DNA from: Novosphingobium sp.
GTDB taxonomy: Bacteria; Pseudomonadota; Alphaproteobacteria; Sphingomonadales; Sphingomonadaceae
DNA: 64,000 bases
Direction: 5' to 3'
Assembly (NCBI GenBank): GCA_017987575.1
Contig: JAGNTK010000001.1
Coordinates: 46,160 to 110,159, forward strand
Each line of letters begins with the position of its first letter. The first letter of the stretch is position 1. The notes below the pieces were generated by a model. The model saw only the letters and a program-made list of their open reading frames with translations. It did no database searches and had not been told where the DNA came from. Positions 40,505-51,493 of the stretch are shown one piece after another. The position numbers were made by a program, and so were the translations under genes.

Positions 40505-40549
40505 GTGTTGCACTCGCTTTCGCTTTGAGACGCGCTGATAGGAGGCGCG

Positions 40550-40578
40550 CGCTTAGGCGAAGATTGCCGCAATGTCAC
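40550..40578 (-). promoter_or_regulatory. Stand-alone rplO promoter
   Basis: GTGACA-N17-TAAGCG; shares CCTAAGCGCGCGC with the rpsM promoter. Confidence 0.6.
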
Positions 40579-40657
40579 CCCCCTTTCGCACCTTGCTTTG
40601 TCGCCGCGGCATGGCAAAGCTCACGGCGCTGGAACCCTCCAAGCACAGGAATCCCGG

Positions 40658-42085
40658 TTGTCCTTCTTTCGCAATAGCCTGGTTCACCTGCTGATCCTGA
40701 TCGGCGCGGCGCTTGCGCTGCGCAGCTATACCTTCGGCGACCCCAACCTGTTTATCGACGAGGCATTCTATTTCGCCGCCGGCAACGCGATGCATCAGGG
40801 CGCCCTGCCCTATGTTGACGTGTGGGATCGCAAGCCATTTGGGCTATTCGCGCTCTATTATCTGATCGCAGGGATTTCCAACGCGCCAATCGCCTACCAA
40901 TTGGCGGCTGCGCTGTTTGCGGCGCTGACGGCTTGGATTGTCGGACGGATCGTCGCGCTGTGGAGCGATTGGCTGGGCGCCGTGGGTGCCGGGATCGCCT
41001 ATCTGTTTCTGCTCAGTGCGTTTCAGGGCTTCGGCGGACAAACCCCGGTTTTCTATAACCTGTTCATCGCATTGGCAGCATGGCTCGTAATCCGCTCGGC
41101 CCCAGCCTTACGCAGCGGAAAGGTCCCCGGTGCCGTCCCGCTGGCGATGCTCAGCGCCGGCATTGCCATCACGATCAAGTCAACCGCGCTATTTGAAGCC
41201 GTCTTTCTGGGGCTCTACGCAGTATCAGCTCTGCCCCGCCCCCAATGGCTCAAGCAGGGTTTCCTCTGGGCGCTGATCGGCGCTGCGCCGACCCTCCTGA
41301 TAGCGGCGAGTTACGCGCTGATCGGCCATTGGAGCGAATACTGGCAGGCAATGACCGGCGCCAACCTATCCGCCGCGCGCTGGGACGCCTATTCCGCGCA
41401 AATTCGCCTGCGACTGATGTTGGCCAGTCTTGCACCGCTGCTGGCGGTGACGGCATTCGGCTGGCTTGATCTCAAGAACGACGCCCGGCGCTTCACCGCC
41501 CTATGGATAGGCGCCGCATTGGTCGGGCTTGCGGCGTTTCCCTATTTCCATCGGCACTATGCCTTGCCGCTGCTGGTCCCGCTATGCGTAGCAGGCGGAG
41601 CGTTTCTGACGCGCAAGTGGATCGGGCCTGCCGCTACAGCGGCCGTCTGCTTGCTAGCATACCGGGAAGCCCCCCCGATAGATTTTGAGCACACCGCGCG
41701 TTCCAAAGCCGCCATGGCAAAGCTTGCCAATGCCATCCGCCAGAACGGTGCCTCACGGGGCCTGCTGGTCTATGAAGGTCCGCCGATGCTTTACACCCTG
41801 ACCGCGCAGCCCTTCCCGTCCCCGCTCGCGTTCCCCGCGCACATGTATCACCGGATCGAACGCAACGTCAGCCACTTGGACACGCTCGCCGAAGTACAGC
41901 GCGTAATAGCAAAGCGCCCTGGCGTGGTTGTGATGATGCGCGAGCCGCGCGATGGACCGATCAATGCTGAAACCTATGCGGCTGTTTCAGCCTATGTAAC
42001 TGCCCATTGCCGGCTCGCCGCAGCAGTCGACGCCCCCGAACGGCTGCGGACCGATCATGTGCTGGTCTGGGGTGACTGCCACTAA
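40658..42085 (+). CDS. GT-C superfamily (ArnT/PMT-like) membrane glycosyltransferase
   Basis: IDEAFY ... PYVDVWDRKPFG after TM1, about 11 TM helices, HYALP; probable TTG start at 40658 behind AGGA (ORF open from 40598). Confidence 0.75.
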   Translation: MSFFRNSLVHLLILIGAALALRSYTFGDPNLFIDEAFYFAAGNAMHQGALPYVDVWDRKPFGLFALYYLIAGISNAPIAYQLAAALFAALTAWIVGRIVALWSDWLGAVGAGIAYLFLLSAFQGFGGQTPVFYNLFIALAAWLVIRSAPALRSGKVPGAVPLAMLSAGIAITIKSTALFEAVFLGLYAVSALPRPQWLKQGFLWALIGAAPTLLIAASYALIGHWSEYWQAMTGANLSAARWDAYSAQIRLRLMLASLAPLLAVTAFGWLDLKNDARRFTALWIGAALVGLAAFPYFHRHYALPLLVPLCVAGGAFLTRKWIGPAATAAVCLLAYREAPPIDFEHTARSKAAMAKLANAIRQNGASRGLLVYEGPPMLYTLTAQPFPSPLAFPAHMYHRIERNVSHLDTLAEVQRVIAKRPGVVVMMREPRDGPINAETYAAVSAYVTAHCRLAAAVDAPERLRTDHVLVWGDCH

Positions 42086-42098
42086 GCGGTGCAAAGCA

Positions 42099-42128
42099 AA
42101 AGGGCCCCGGATTGCTCCGGAGCCCTTT
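42099..42128 (-). terminator. Terminator after rpmD, probably bidirectional
   Basis: AAAGGGCTCCGG-AGCAAT-CCGGGGCCCTTT then TGCTTT on the minus strand. Confidence 0.75.
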
Positions 42129-42151
42129 GAATTGCTTGCAGCAGACTGCGA

Positions 42152-42328
42152 TCAGTCGACCACGGCCACCATGTGCGGCAGCTTGGCGATCGCACCGCGT
42201 ACTTCGGCGGTGTCTTCAAGCTCGACAACCCGGTTCATCTTGCCCAGGCCCAGACCGATCAGGATCTGCTTCTGGGTAAAAGGACGACGGATCGGTGAAC
42301 CAATCTGCTTGATCTTGATTTTCGCCAT
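42152..42328 (-). CDS. rpmD: 50S ribosomal protein L30 (absent from the ORF track)
   Basis: Hand translation [58 protein letters not shown] (58 aa); follows rpsE. Confidence 0.96.
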   Translation of the reverse strand: MAKIKIKQIGSPIRRPFTQKQILIGLGLGKMNRVVELEDTAEVRGAIAKLPHMVAVVD

Positions 42329-42334
42329 GATCTG

Positions 42335-43072
42335 TTACTCCACAATCGCGTCAGCAGCGGCCTGAGCCTCTACCGCACTCGCGCCGCCACGACCCAGCAG
42401 ATCCGCAACCTTCTTGCCGCGGCGCTGTGCAACCGACTTCGGCGAAGTCTGTTCACCCAGTGCGTCAAAAGTAGCGCGGATCATGTTGTAGGGATTGCTG
42501 GTGCCGACCGACTTGGTCACCACGTCTGCAACGCCCAGGCTTTCAAAGACAGCGCGCATCGGGCCGCCGGCGATGATCCCGGTACCGGCCGGAGCCGAAC
42601 GCACGTTGACCTTGCCGGCGCCGAAGTGGCCCTTGCCGTCATGGTGCAGCGTGCGCCCTTCCTTGAGTGCAACGCGGATCATCTTCTTCTTGGCAGCAGC
42701 GGTTGCCTTGGTGATCGCTTCGGGCACTTCGCGCGCCTTACCGTGACCAAAGCCAACCCGGCCCTTGCCATCGCCAACCACGACCAGCGCAGCAAAGCCA
42801 AAGCGCTTACCGCCCTTGACGGTCTTCGAGACGCGGTTGATGTGAACCAGCTTCTCGATCAGCTCTTCACCACCATCATCGTTGTCACCACGGCCCCGGC
42901 CACGATCATCGCGTCCACGGCCACGGCCACCACGATCACCGCCAGCGTTACGGTCATTGCCGCCACGCCCACGACCACGGCCACCGCGATCACCACCTTC
43001 GGTGGGGGCAGAGACTTCAGCAGCTACGGCTTCAGTTACGACGCCAGCTTCGTTGTTTGCTTCATCAGCCAT
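42335..43072 (-). CDS. rpsE: 30S ribosomal protein S5 with RG-rich N-terminal extension
   Basis: [24 protein letters not shown]; start moved to ATG 43072. Confidence 0.98.
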   Translation of the reverse strand: MADEANNEAGVVTEAVAAEVSAPTEGGDRGGRGRGRGGNDRNAGGDRGGRGRGRDDRGRGRGDNDDGGEELIEKLVHINRVSKTVKGGKRFGFAALVVVGDGKGRVGFGHGKAREVPEAITKATAAAKKKMIRVALKEGRTLHHDGKGHFGAGKVNVRSAPAGTGIIAGGPMRAVFESLGVADVVTKSVGTSNPYNMIRATFDALGEQTSPKSVAQRRGKKVADLLGRGGASAVEAQAAADAIVE

Positions 43073-43073
43073 C

Positions 43074-43415
43074 TTAGAACTCCAGCCCGCCTTCGCGGGC
43101 GGCATCGGCCAGCGCCTTAACGCGGCCATGGAACAGGAAGCCACCGCGATCAAACACGACGGTGGTCACGCCAGCCTTCTTGGCTGCCTCAGCCAAGGCT
43201 TTGCCAACCACGACTGCCGCATCGATATTGGCGCCAACCTTGGTGCCAAGCGAATTGGCGGCAACCACAGTGCGACCAGCAGCATCGTCGATGATCTGGG
43301 CGTAGATGTGACGGCCCGAGCGGTGCACCGAAAGCCGCGGACGGCCACCGGAATGCGCCTTGAGGGCGGTGCGGACGCGCCGACGACGGCGCTCGAACAG
43401 GGACAGCTTGGCCAT
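43074..43415 (-). CDS. rplR: 50S ribosomal protein L18
   Basis: [17 protein letters not shown] ... [16 protein letters not shown]. Confidence 0.98.
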   Translation of the reverse strand: MAKLSLFERRRRRVRTALKAHSGGRPRLSVHRSGRHIYAQIIDDAAGRTVVAANSLGTKVGANIDAAVVVGKALAEAAKKAGVTTVVFDRGGFLFHGRVKALADAAREGGLEF

Positions 43416-43948
43416 TACTTCTTCTTCCCTTCCTTGCGGAAGATGTACTCGCCGCGGTACTTGATCCCCTTGCCCTTGTAAGGCTCGGGCTTGCGCCAGC
43501 GGCGGATCTCGGCGGCAACCTGACCGACCTTCTGCTTGTCGATCCCGGAAATCTCAACCGTCGTGTTGTCCGGCGTCTTGATCTCAATTCCCTCGGGGAT
43601 CGAAAAATCGACGTCGTGACTGTAACCGAGCTGCAGCTTCAGGTTCTTGCCCTGAGCATTGGCACGATAACCAACACCGGTGATTTCAAGCACCTTGGTG
43701 TAGCCCTGCGTAACCCCGGTAACGAGATTATCGACCAGCGTACGCTGCATGCCCCAAAAGGCGCGAGCTGACTTGCTGTCGTTTGCGGGCTTTACCAGGA
43801 TGGCATCGCCATCAAGGGTATAGCTGATTTCATCGCGCAGGCTCAGCGAAAGGGTCCCCTTCGGGCCCTTTACGGTGAGGGTGCCATCCGCGATTTCGGC
43901 GCTGACGCCGCTCGGGATCGACACCGGACGTTTACCGATGCGGCTCAT
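43415..43948 (-). CDS. rplF: 50S ribosomal protein L6
   Basis: MSRIGKRP ... PEPYKGKGI. Confidence 0.99.
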   Translation of the reverse strand: MSRIGKRPVSIPSGVSAEIADGTLTVKGPKGTLSLSLRDEISYTLDGDAILVKPANDSKSARAFWGMQRTLVDNLVTGVTQGYTKVLEITGVGYRANAQGKNLKLQLGYSHDVDFSIPEGIEIKTPDNTTVEISGIDKQKVGQVAAEIRRWRKPEPYKGKGIKYRGEYIFRKEGKKK

Positions 43949-44343
43949 CAGAACACCTCCGCCAGCACTTCGCCACCGACGTTCTGAGCGCGCGCTTCGG
44001 CATCCGAAAGCACACCGCGCGGCGTCGAGACGATGGTGATACCAAGGCCATTGCGCACTACCGGCAGTTCTTTCGAACCCGAATATACGCGGCGGCCCGG
44101 CTTGGAGACGCGGGCGACATGTTTGATCGCCGGTTCGCCTTCAAAGTATTTCAGTTCAATCCGAAGCTGTGGATGAGCGCCGGTGGCGTCTTCTGCATAG
44201 CCACGGATATAGCCTTCGCGCTGCAGAACTTCGAGCACGCGAGCACGCAGCTTCGAAGCCGGCGAAAGGACAGAGTCCTTCTTCGCACGCTGGCCATTGC
44301 GGATGCGGGTGAGCATATCACCCAGGGGATCGGTCATTGCCAT
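43948..44343 (-). CDS. rpsH: 30S ribosomal protein S8
   Basis: [12 protein letters not shown] ... SKPGRRVY ... GGEVL. Confidence 0.99.
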   Translation of the reverse strand: MAMTDPLGDMLTRIRNGQRAKKDSVLSPASKLRARVLEVLQREGYIRGYAEDATGAHPQLRIELKYFEGEPAIKHVARVSKPGRRVYSGSKELPVVRNGLGITIVSTPRGVLSDAEARAQNVGGEVLAEVF

Positions 44344-44353
44344 CGCTTGATCC

Positions 44354-44659
44354 TTACCAGCTCGACTTCGTCAGGCCGGGGATAAGGCCTTTGTTGCCCT
44401 TATCCCGCAGCTCGATCCGACAAAGGCCGAACTTGCGATAGTAGCCGCGCGGGCGGCCGGTGGTGACGCAGCGGTTGCGCACGCGAGTGGGATTCCCGTT
44501 ACGGGGAATTTCTGCCAGCTTGAGGCGGGCGATCAGACGCTCAGTATCATCGAGCGACTTGTCGTCAGCGACAGCCTTCAGTTTCGCGTATTTCGCCGCG
44601 TACTTCTTAACGAGCTTCTTGCGCCGCTCGTTCTTGTTTACGGAACTCAGTTTCGCCAT
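44354..44659 (-). CDS. rpsN: 30S ribosomal protein S14 (101-aa form)
   Basis: [21 protein letters not shown] ... PGLTKSSW. Confidence 0.98.
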   Translation of the reverse strand: MAKLSSVNKNERRKKLVKKYAAKYAKLKAVADDKSLDDTERLIARLKLAEIPRNGNPTRVRNRCVTTGRPRGYYRKFGLCRIELRDKGNKGLIPGLTKSSW

Positions 44660-44682
44660 GGACTTAAGCTCTCTTCTCTAGC

Positions 44683-45261
44683 TCAGGCCGCTTGCGCGGT
44701 TTCGGCTTCCGCCGGGAACGGGAAACCAAACAGACGCAGCAATTCGCGTGCTTCGTCGTCGGTCTTGGCAGTGGTGGTGACGATAATGTCCATCCCACGC
44801 ACCTTTTCGATCTGATCGTAGCTGATCTCCGGGAAGATGATCTGCTCTTTCAGGCCCATCGCGTAGTTCCCGCGGCCGTCAAACGACTTGGGGTTCACGC
44901 CGCGGAAATCGCGGATGCGGGGCATGGCAACGGTGATCAGCCGGTCCAGAAATTCATACATGCGTTCACGGCGAAGGGTAACCTTGCATCCGATCGGCAT
45001 GCCTTCGCGCAGCTTGAACTGGGCGATCGACTTCTTGGCCTTGGTGATGACCGGCTTCTGGCCAGCGATCAGCGCCATTTCTTCGGCGGCAATCGTAACC
45101 TTCTTCTTGTCCTGGCTACCTTCACCAACGCCCATATTGATCGTGATCTTCTCGATCTTGGGGACTTCCATGTGGTTCTTGTAACCGAACTTTTCGGTCA
45201 TCGCCTTGACGATCTCAGCGTCGAAACGCTGCTTCATCCGGGGCACATACTTCTCAGCCAT
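44683..45261 (-). CDS. rplE: 50S ribosomal protein L5
   Basis: [13 protein letters not shown] ... PRIRDFRG ... GMDI. Confidence 0.99.
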   Translation of the reverse strand: MAEKYVPRMKQRFDAEIVKAMTEKFGYKNHMEVPKIEKITINMGVGEGSQDKKKVTIAAEEMALIAGQKPVITKAKKSIAQFKLREGMPIGCKVTLRRERMYEFLDRLITVAMPRIRDFRGVNPKSFDGRGNYAMGLKEQIIFPEISYDQIEKVRGMDIIVTTTAKTDDEARELLRLFGFPFPAEAETAQAA

Positions 45262-45577
45262 CGATTTTCTCCCCGGACTTCACAGCCACGCGAACCTTCT
45301 TGCCGTCCTTGGACGTTTCGAAGCGAACGCGGGTTGCCTTGCCGGTCTTGGGGTCGGCCAAACCAACCTTGGAAATCGCCATCGGTGCCTCGCGGCGGTC
45401 AATCCCGCCTTGCGGGTTCGCCTGGCTCGGCTTGCGATGACGGGCAGCGACGTTGACGCCCTGGACCAGCACCTTGCCGTCTTTCGGCAGGACCTGCAAA
45501 ACAGTGCCAGTGCGGCCCTTGTCCTTGCCCGAGCGGACGACGACGTTATCGCCCTTCTTGATCTTTGCGGCAGCCAT
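45254..45577 (-). CDS. rplX: 50S ribosomal protein L24
   Basis: [17 protein letters not shown] (KOW). Confidence 0.98.
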   Translation of the reverse strand: MAAAKIKKGDNVVVRSGKDKGRTGTVLQVLPKDGKVLVQGVNVAARHRKPSQANPQGGIDRREAPMAISKVGLADPKTGKATRVRFETSKDGKKVRVAVKSGEKIDG

Positions 45578-45945
45578 CACAGCACCTCCGGAGCAAGCGA
45601 GATGATCTTCATGTAGCCGCGGCCACGCAGTTCGCGGACCACTGGGCCAAAGATACGCGTTCCGATCGGTTCAGCGTTCTTGTTGATCAGCACGGCAGCG
45701 TTGCTGTCGAAACGGATCACGCTGCCGTCGGTGCGGCGCACTTCCTTGCGGGTACGAACGATCACCGCGCGGTGGACGTCGCCCTTCTTGACCTTGGTGC
45801 GCGGCTGAGCTTCCTTCACCGAAACAACGATGACATCGCCCACACCGGCCACCCGGCGCTTCGATCCGCCCAGCACCTTGATGCACTGGACGCGCTTGGC
45901 ACCGCTGTTGTCAGCGACCTCAAGCTGGGATTGCATCTGGATCAT
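45577..45945 (-). CDS. rplN: 50S ribosomal protein L14
   Basis: VADNSGAK ... GTRIFGPV ... SLAPEVL. Confidence 0.99.
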   Translation of the reverse strand: MIQMQSQLEVADNSGAKRVQCIKVLGGSKRRVAGVGDVIVVSVKEAQPRTKVKKGDVHRAVIVRTRKEVRRTDGSVIRFDSNAAVLINKNAEPIGTRIFGPVVRELRGRGYMKIISLAPEVL

Positions 45946-46003
45946 AGATCCGGTTCCTTCTTACTGGCTTGCCGAAACCTGTCCGGCAGTTCCAAAGTTC
46001 GAT

Positions 46004-46273
46004 TTATACGTCGGCTTCGACCGCGGTGCCCTTGCTGGCAGTGACGCGTTCGATCACTTTCCAGGTCTTGAGCTTCGAAATCGGGCGGGTTTCTTCGATC
46101 CGCACAGTTTCGCCGGTTTTGAAGGCGTTGTCTTCGTCGTGGGCGTGATACTTCTTCGAACGCCGGATGATCTTCCCGTAGAGCGGGTGCTTCACCTTGC
46201 GTTCGACCTTCACGACCACGGTCTTGTCGGTCTTGTCGGAAACCACGGTCCCGATCAGGATACGCTTGGGCAT
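46004..46273 (-). CDS. rpsQ: 30S ribosomal protein S17
   Basis: [18 protein letters not shown] ... HPLYGK ... RPISKLK; start moved to 46273. Confidence 0.98.
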   Translation of the reverse strand: MPKRILIGTVVSDKTDKTVVVKVERKVKHPLYGKIIRRSKKYHAHDEDNAFKTGETVRIEETRPISKLKTWKVIERVTASKGTAVEADV

Positions 46274-46283
46274 CGTGGACTCC

Positions 46284-46484
46284 TTACTTCGCTGCGCGGG
46301 CGCGTTCGCCCTGCAACGTTTTGATCCGGGCGATATCGCGGCGCACTTCCTTGATGCGGGCGGGACGCTCGAGCTGGTTGGTGGCGGACTGAAAACGCAG
46401 GTTGAATGCCTCACGCTTCAGTTCAGCCAGATCACCGGCCAACTGATCGTCACTCTTGACGCGCAGGTCGGTTGCATTGGCCAT
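46284..46484 (-). CDS. rpmC: 50S ribosomal protein L29
   Basis: [11 protein letters not shown] ... RRDIARIKT. Confidence 0.97.
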   Translation of the reverse strand: MANATDLRVKSDDQLAGDLAELKREAFNLRFQSATNQLERPARIKEVRRDIARIKTLQGERARAAK

Positions 46485-46918
46485 TATTCGCCTCCCAGAT
46501 GGCTGGTGTCACCCAGACGGGCGACGACCTTGACTTTGATCGGCAGCTTCATCGCAGCGCGACTGAAAGCCTCTGCTGCCAGCGGACCGGCCACACCGTC
46601 GAGTTCGAACAGGATCCGGCCGGGCTTAACCCGAGCTGCCCAGTACTCGACCGAACCCTTGCCCTTACCCTGACGGACTTCGGCAGGCTTCTTTGAAACC
46701 GGCACGTCCGGGAAGATGCGGATCCAAAGCCGACCCTGACGCTTGATGTGGCGGGTGATCGCACGGCGAGCCGCTTCGATCTGACGCGCCGTAATCCGCT
46801 CCGGCTCCAGGGCTTTCATGCCATAGGAACCAAAGTTCAGATCGGTGCCACCCTTGGCATCACCCTTGATCCGGCCCTTGAAGGCCTTGCGGAATTTGTG
46901 CTTTTTCGGTTGCAGCAT
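46484..46918 (-). CDS. rplP: 50S ribosomal protein L16
   Basis: [11 protein letters not shown] ... QIEAARRA ... IRIFPD. Confidence 0.99.
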   Translation of the reverse strand: MLQPKKHKFRKAFKGRIKGDAKGGTDLNFGSYGMKALEPERITARQIEAARRAITRHIKRQGRLWIRIFPDVPVSKKPAEVRQGKGKGSVEYWAARVKPGRILFELDGVAGPLAAEAFSRAAMKLPIKVKVVARLGDTSHLGGE

Positions 46919-46921
46919 GAC

Positions 46922-47632
46922 TTAGTTCCTGCGGTCTTCGCGCGCCGGACGGACGCCAGTGGTCTGGGCTTCCATCATCAGGCGATCCTGGGCCATCGGG
47001 TCATGACCAAGGATTTCACCCTTGAAGACCCAAACCTTGATGCCGATGATCCCATAGGTGGTCAGCGCTTCGGCTTCAGCATAGTCGATGTTGGCGCGCA
47101 GGGTGTGCAGCGGCACGCGGCCTTCGCGGTACTGTTCGACGCGGGCGATTTCGGCGCCGCCGAGACGGCCACCGCAAACCACCTTGATACCTTCAGCACC
47201 CAGACGCATGGCCGATTGCATCGCCCGCTTCATCGCACGACGGAAAGCCACGCGGCGGATGAGCTGATCGGCAATACCCTGAGCAACCAGCTTGGCATCG
47301 ATTTCCGGCTTGCGGATTTCAACGATGTTCAGCTTGACGTCGCTGTCGGTGATCTTGGCGAGCTGCAGGCGCAGCTTTTCGATGTCTGCGCCCTTCTTGC
47401 CGATGATCACACCGGGACGAGCAGCATAGATCGAAACGCGGCAAACCTTAGCCGGGCGCTCGATAACCACCTTCGAGATAGCGGCCTGCGGAACGGTTTC
47501 CAGCACAAACTTGCGGATCTTGAGGTCTTCCTCAAGCATCGTCGCATAGTTCTTGCCTTCGGCGTACCAACGGCTGTCCCAAGTACGGTTGATTTGAAGG
47601 CGCAGGCCGATCGGATTGGACTTATGACCCAT
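46922..47632 (-). CDS. rpsC: 30S ribosomal protein S3
   Basis: [12 protein letters not shown] ... [14 protein letters not shown]. Confidence 0.99.
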   Translation of the reverse strand: MGHKSNPIGLRLQINRTWDSRWYAEGKNYATMLEEDLKIRKFVLETVPQAAISKVVIERPAKVCRVSIYAARPGVIIGKKGADIEKLRLQLAKITDSDVKLNIVEIRKPEIDAKLVAQGIADQLIRRVAFRRAMKRAMQSAMRLGAEGIKVVCGGRLGGAEIARVEQYREGRVPLHTLRANIDYAEAEALTTYGIIGIKVWVFKGEILGHDPMAQDRLMMEAQTTGVRPAREDRRN

Positions 47633-47635
47633 GAC

Positions 47636-48013
47636 TTACGCCTCCTCAACTTCGCGAACCACGATCCGCAGCCGGCTGAATGGCTTGAGGATGCGGGTGG
47701 ACTTGCCGCGACCGCGGGTGTGGAAGCGCTTCATGGTGATCGACTTGCCGACGCTGGCTTCTGCAACGACCAGAGCATCAACATCCAGGTTATGGTTGTT
47801 TTCAGCATTGGCGATTGCCGAGGCGAGCACCTTCTTGGCGTCAACGGCCATAGCCTTGGTGGAGAACGACAGGATATTCATCGCGTCTTCAACCTTGCGA
47901 CCACGGATCAGGGCAGCGACGAGGTTCAGCTTCTGAGCTGAACCACGGATCGTGGTTCCGACCGACAGAGCCTCTTTCTCACCAACCCGGCGCGGAGATT
48001 TTTCCTTGCCCAT
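47636..48013 (-). CDS. rplV: 50S ribosomal protein L22
   Basis: [14 protein letters not shown] ... SAIANAENN. Confidence 0.98.
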   Translation of the reverse strand: MGKEKSPRRVGEKEALSVGTTIRGSAQKLNLVAALIRGRKVEDAMNILSFSTKAMAVDAKKVLASAIANAENNHNLDVDALVVAEASVGKSITMKRFHTRGRGKSTRILKPFSRLRIVVREVEEA

Positions 48014-48291
48014 TAGCGCTTACCCTTCTTGTCGGCAGCGTGGCCCGGGAAAGTGCGCGTGGGCGCAAATTCACCAAGCTTGTGACCGACCATGTCTTCG
48101 TTGACCGAGACGGGGATGAACTTGTGACCGTTGTAGACGTTGAACGTCAGACCAACGAACTGCGGCAAAATCGTCGAACGACGCGACCAGGTCTTGATCG
48201 GACCAGTGCGGTTGCCTCCATCCTGCGCAGCTTCTGCCTTCTTCAGCAGGTGCAGGTCGACGAAGGGGCCTTTCCAGACGGAACGTGCCAT
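48013..48291 (-). CDS. rpsS: 30S ribosomal protein S19
   Basis: [12 protein letters not shown] ... [11 protein letters not shown]. Confidence 0.99.
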   Translation of the reverse strand: MARSVWKGPFVDLHLLKKAEAAQDGGNRTGPIKTWSRRSTILPQFVGLTFNVYNGHKFIPVSVNEDMVGHKLGEFAPTRTFPGHAADKKGKR

Positions 48292-48297
48292 GGGGCC

Positions 48298-49134
48298 TTA
48301 CCTCTTCTTCTTGGCGTGACGCGAACGGATGATCATCTTATCCGTCTGCTTGTTGTTGCGGGTGCGGGCGCCCTTGGTCGGCTTGCCCCACGGAGTAACC
48401 GGATGACGACCGCCCGAAGTCCGGCCTTCACCACCGCCGTGCGGGTGATCGACCGGGTTCTTGGCGACGCCGCGGGTCAGCGGACGACGGCCCTGCCAGC
48501 GCGTGCGCCCGGCCTTACCGAAGTTCTGGTTCTGGTTGTCAGGGTTCGAAACCGCACCAACCGTACCCATGCAATCACCGCGCAGGTAACGCTGTTCACC
48601 CGAGTTAAGGCGAACAATCACCATCCCACGGTCACGACCAACGACCTGGACGTAAGTCCCGGCGCTCCGTGCGATCTGACCGCCCTTGCCCGGCTTCATC
48701 TCCACGTTGTGGCAGATCGTGCCAACCGGCATGGTGCTGAGCAACATTGCATTGCCCGGCTTGACGTCGGTCTTTTCACCGGCAACAACGCTATCGCCAA
48801 CGGCGAGACGCTGCGGCGCGATGATGTAGGCCTGTTCACCGTCTGCATACTTGACGAGCGCGATGAAGGCAGTCCGGTTGGGATCGTATTCCAGGCGTTC
48901 AACCGTTGCGGGAGCATCCCACTTGCGGCGCTTGAAATCGATGAACCGGTACTTCTGCTTGTGACCGCCAGCGATCCCGCGCGAAGTGACGTGGCCCTTG
49001 TTGTTACGGCCGCCGGTCTTGTTCTTGCCTTCGGTGAGCGCCTTGACAGGCTTGCCCTTCCACAGCGACGACTTGTCGACCAGAATAAGCGCGCGGCGCG
49101 CCGGGCTGGTCGGGTTATAGTTCTTGAGTGCCAT
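48298..49134 (-). CDS. rplB: 50S ribosomal protein L2
   Basis: [12 protein letters not shown] ... [12 protein letters not shown]. Confidence 0.99.
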   Translation of the reverse strand: MALKNYNPTSPARRALILVDKSSLWKGKPVKALTEGKNKTGGRNNKGHVTSRGIAGGHKQKYRFIDFKRRKWDAPATVERLEYDPNRTAFIALVKYADGEQAYIIAPQRLAVGDSVVAGEKTDVKPGNAMLLSTMPVGTICHNVEMKPGKGGQIARSAGTYVQVVGRDRGMVIVRLNSGEQRYLRGDCMGTVGAVSNPDNQNQNFGKAGRTRWQGRRPLTRGVAKNPVDHPHGGGEGRTSGGRHPVTPWGKPTKGARTRNNKQTDKMIIRSRHAKKKR

Positions 49135-49142
49135 GGTGCGCC

Positions 49143-49448
49143 TCAGATCCCGCTGGTGACGTCGATCGACTGGCCTTCGGCCAGACGAACTACCGCCTTC
49201 TTAACGTCGGAGCGCTTGTAGGGACGACCCTTCCAGCGCTTGGTCTTGCCCTTTTGGGTCAGCGTGTTGACGCTCACCACCTTCACGTCGAACAGAGCCT
49301 CTACCGCAGCTTTGATCTGCGGCTTGGTTGCGCTGTCCACCACCTTGAAGACGACGGCGTTGTGCTCACTGGCCAACGTCGCCTTTTCGGTGATGTGAGG
49401 GGCTACGATCACGTCATAGTGACGCGTGTCGATTGCGGTCTTAGCCAT
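49143..49448 (-). CDS. rplW: 50S ribosomal protein L23
   Basis: PHITEKA ... KPQIKAAVE ... KKAVVRL. Confidence 0.98.
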   Translation of the reverse strand: MAKTAIDTRHYDVIVAPHITEKATLASEHNAVVFKVVDSATKPQIKAAVEALFDVKVVSVNTLTQKGKTKRWKGRPYKRSDVKKAVVRLAEGQSIDVTSGI

Positions 49449-50067
49449 TGAAACGCGCCTCCAGCTTTTCGACCGCAGCGCGCGTCAGCACCAGCGTGTC
49501 ATGCTTCAGGATGTCATAGACGTTGGCGCCAATCGCCGGGAGCACGTTGACCCCGACCAGGTTGCCAGTGGCGCGGGCGAAGCCCTCGTTCACCTGCTCA
49601 CCATCGATCACCAGCACCTTGCGACCCCAGTTGGCTTTGGCCAGCTGTTCGGCAATGCCTTTGGTCTTCGCATCCTTGAGATCAAGGGTATCGACGACCA
49701 CCAGGTTGGACTGCGCCTTCGACGACAGCGCCATCTTCAGGCCGAGCGCACGGATCTTCTTGTTCAGCGAGACGTCAAACTCGCGGCGACGTGCACCGTG
49801 AGCCTTACCGCCGCCGATGAACACCGGAGCCGCACGATCGCCGTGACGAGCCGTACCGCCGCCCTTCTGGTTGCCGAACTTCTTGCCGGTGCGCGCAACG
49901 TCCGACCGTTCACGGGTCGCACGGGCGATGCCGCGGCGATTTTCGAGCTGCCAGGTGACAACGCGGTGGAGAATGTCAGCGCGCGGCTCAAGGCCGAACA
50001 CCGCATCGTTGAGTTCGATGTCGCCCTTGCCGGCGGTGCCATCGAGGTTGGAAAGCTTGACCTTCAC
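49441..50067 (-). CDS. rplD: 50S ribosomal protein L4
   Basis: [10 protein letters not shown] ... GGGKAHG ... LNKKIRAL; GTG start. Confidence 0.98.
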   Translation of the reverse strand: MKVKLSNLDGTAGKGDIELNDAVFGLEPRADILHRVVTWQLENRRGIARATRERSDVARTGKKFGNQKGGGTARHGDRAAPVFIGGGKAHGARRREFDVSLNKKIRALGLKMALSSKAQSNLVVVDTLDLKDAKTKGIAEQLAKANWGRKVLVIDGEQVNEGFARATGNLVGVNVLPAIGANVYDILKHDTLVLTRAAVEKLEARFNG

Positions 50068-50070
50068 GAC

Positions 50071-50832
50071 TTAGCCCTCCTGGCCATCGGTCTGCTCGAC
50101 AGCCGCGGTATCTTCCGCAGGCCTATCGGCAGCAGCCGGGGTTTCGTTCGAATTGGCGGCGCCCTTGAGGCCGGCGGGGTACGGCGCTTCGGCGTGGCGC
50201 GAAACCTTCACCGAATCCTTGACCGTCATCCAGCTGTTCTTTGCGCCTGGAACCGAACCACGCACGAAGATCAGGCCGCGTTCGTCATCGACGCGAACCA
50301 CTTCGAGGTTTTGCTGGGTCCGCTGACGGTCACCCATGTGGCCGGCCATCTTCTTGTTCTTGAAGACCTTGCCTGGATCCTGGCGGTTACCGGTCGAGCC
50401 GTGAGCACGGTGGCTGATCGACACGCCGTGCGTGGCGCGCATGCCTCCGAAGCCCCAACGCTTCATGGCGCCGGCAAAGCCTTTACCTTGGGTGTGACCC
50501 GAAACGTCAACCAGCTGACCCGGCACGAAGTGCGAGGCGGCGATGGTCGAACCAACTTCGAGCAATGCGTCATCAGCGACGCGGAATTCGACAACTTCTG
50601 CCTTCAGCGAAACTTCAGCCTTGGCAAAGTGTTCACGCTGCGGCTTGGCAACGTTCTTCTGCTTGGCCACCCCGGCGCCCAGCTGAACCGCGACGTAACC
50701 GTCACGGTCTGCGGTGCGAACCGAGACCACCTGGCAATTTTCCAGCGCCAGAACGGTAACCGGCACGTGCCGACCGTCTTCCTGGAAAAGGCGAGTCATC
50801 CCCACCTTTTTGGCGATCACGCCTGTGCGCAT
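50071..50832 (-). CDS. rplC: 50S ribosomal protein L3
   Basis: [13 protein letters not shown] ... [11 protein letters not shown] ... KMAGHMG; start moved to 50832. Confidence 0.99.
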   Translation of the reverse strand: MRTGVIAKKVGMTRLFQEDGRHVPVTVLALENCQVVSVRTADRDGYVAVQLGAGVAKQKNVAKPQREHFAKAEVSLKAEVVEFRVADDALLEVGSTIAASHFVPGQLVDVSGHTQGKGFAGAMKRWGFGGMRATHGVSISHRAHGSTGNRQDPGKVFKNKKMAGHMGDRQRTQQNLEVVRVDDERGLIFVRGSVPGAKNSWMTVKDSVKVSRHAEAPYPAGLKGAANSNETPAAADRPAEDTAAVEQTDGQEG

Positions 50833-51058
50833 GATCAGTCTCCTACAGAGGCCTATGAGGACCATCCCCAAAGGCGTGCTCAGCCCGAAATGTGAAACGA
50901 GCCCCGTCCGGGCTGAAAGCAACTCTCATAAAGAGCCGCAAGACGGGGGACGCTAGGCCGACCCAGGTGCCTCGAAAGGCTTGGCCGGAGGTATCCCTAT
51001 GTCCGCGCGGGGCTTCCCCCGCGAAGTTCCGGCCGAAACCGGAAGGTAGCCACTGGTT
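50833..51058 (-). ncRNA. Structured rpsJ-rplC intercistronic RNA (candidate ribosomal leader)
   Basis: Several hairpins, two with UUCG loops, and a possible pseudoknot (see findings). Confidence 0.5.
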
Positions 51059-51370
51059 TTAGGCCAGCTTGATTTCGACGTTCACGCCAGCGGCCAGATC
51101 GAGCTTCATCAGCGCGTCCACGGTGGTGGCGTTGGGCTGCACAATGTCGAGCAACCGCTTGTAAGTGCGAACTTCGAACTGCTCACGCGACTTCTTGTCG
51201 ATGTGCGGTCCGCGGTTCACGGTGAATTTTTCAATTCTCGTCGGCAGAGGAATGGGCCCCCGGATCAACGCGCCAGTACGGCGGGCGGTATCCGCGATTT
51301 CGCTGGTCGCCTGGTCGAGCACGCGGTGATCGAATGCCTTAAGGCGAATGCGGATATTCTGAGCTTCCAT
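51059..51370 (-). CDS. rpsJ: 30S ribosomal protein S10
   Basis: [14 protein letters not shown] ... GPIPLPT ... KSREQFE. Confidence 0.99.
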   Translation of the reverse strand: MEAQNIRIRLKAFDHRVLDQATSEIADTARRTGALIRGPIPLPTRIEKFTVNRGPHIDKKSREQFEVRTYKRLLDIVQPNATTVDALMKLDLAAGVNVEIKLA

Positions 51371-51464
51371 TGTGTCCTGCTACCGATGAGAAAGAGCCAA
51401 GAGGGCCGACTTGGCCCTCAAAAAATCCGACCGCCGGGGGAGCGAATCCCCCGGCGGATGCGGG

Positions 51465-51493
51465 CCTATATTACTTCGTGATCTTGCTGACAA
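51465..51493 (-). promoter_or_regulatory. S10-operon promoter embedded in the 3' end of tuf
   Basis: TTGTCA-N17-TATAGG spanning the last tuf codons. Confidence 0.6.

Noticed and set aside
44354-44659. Zinc-free S14 paralog linked to the Zur-like box
   Set aside because: It is the ordinary 101-aa proteobacterial S14 in its normal operon position.
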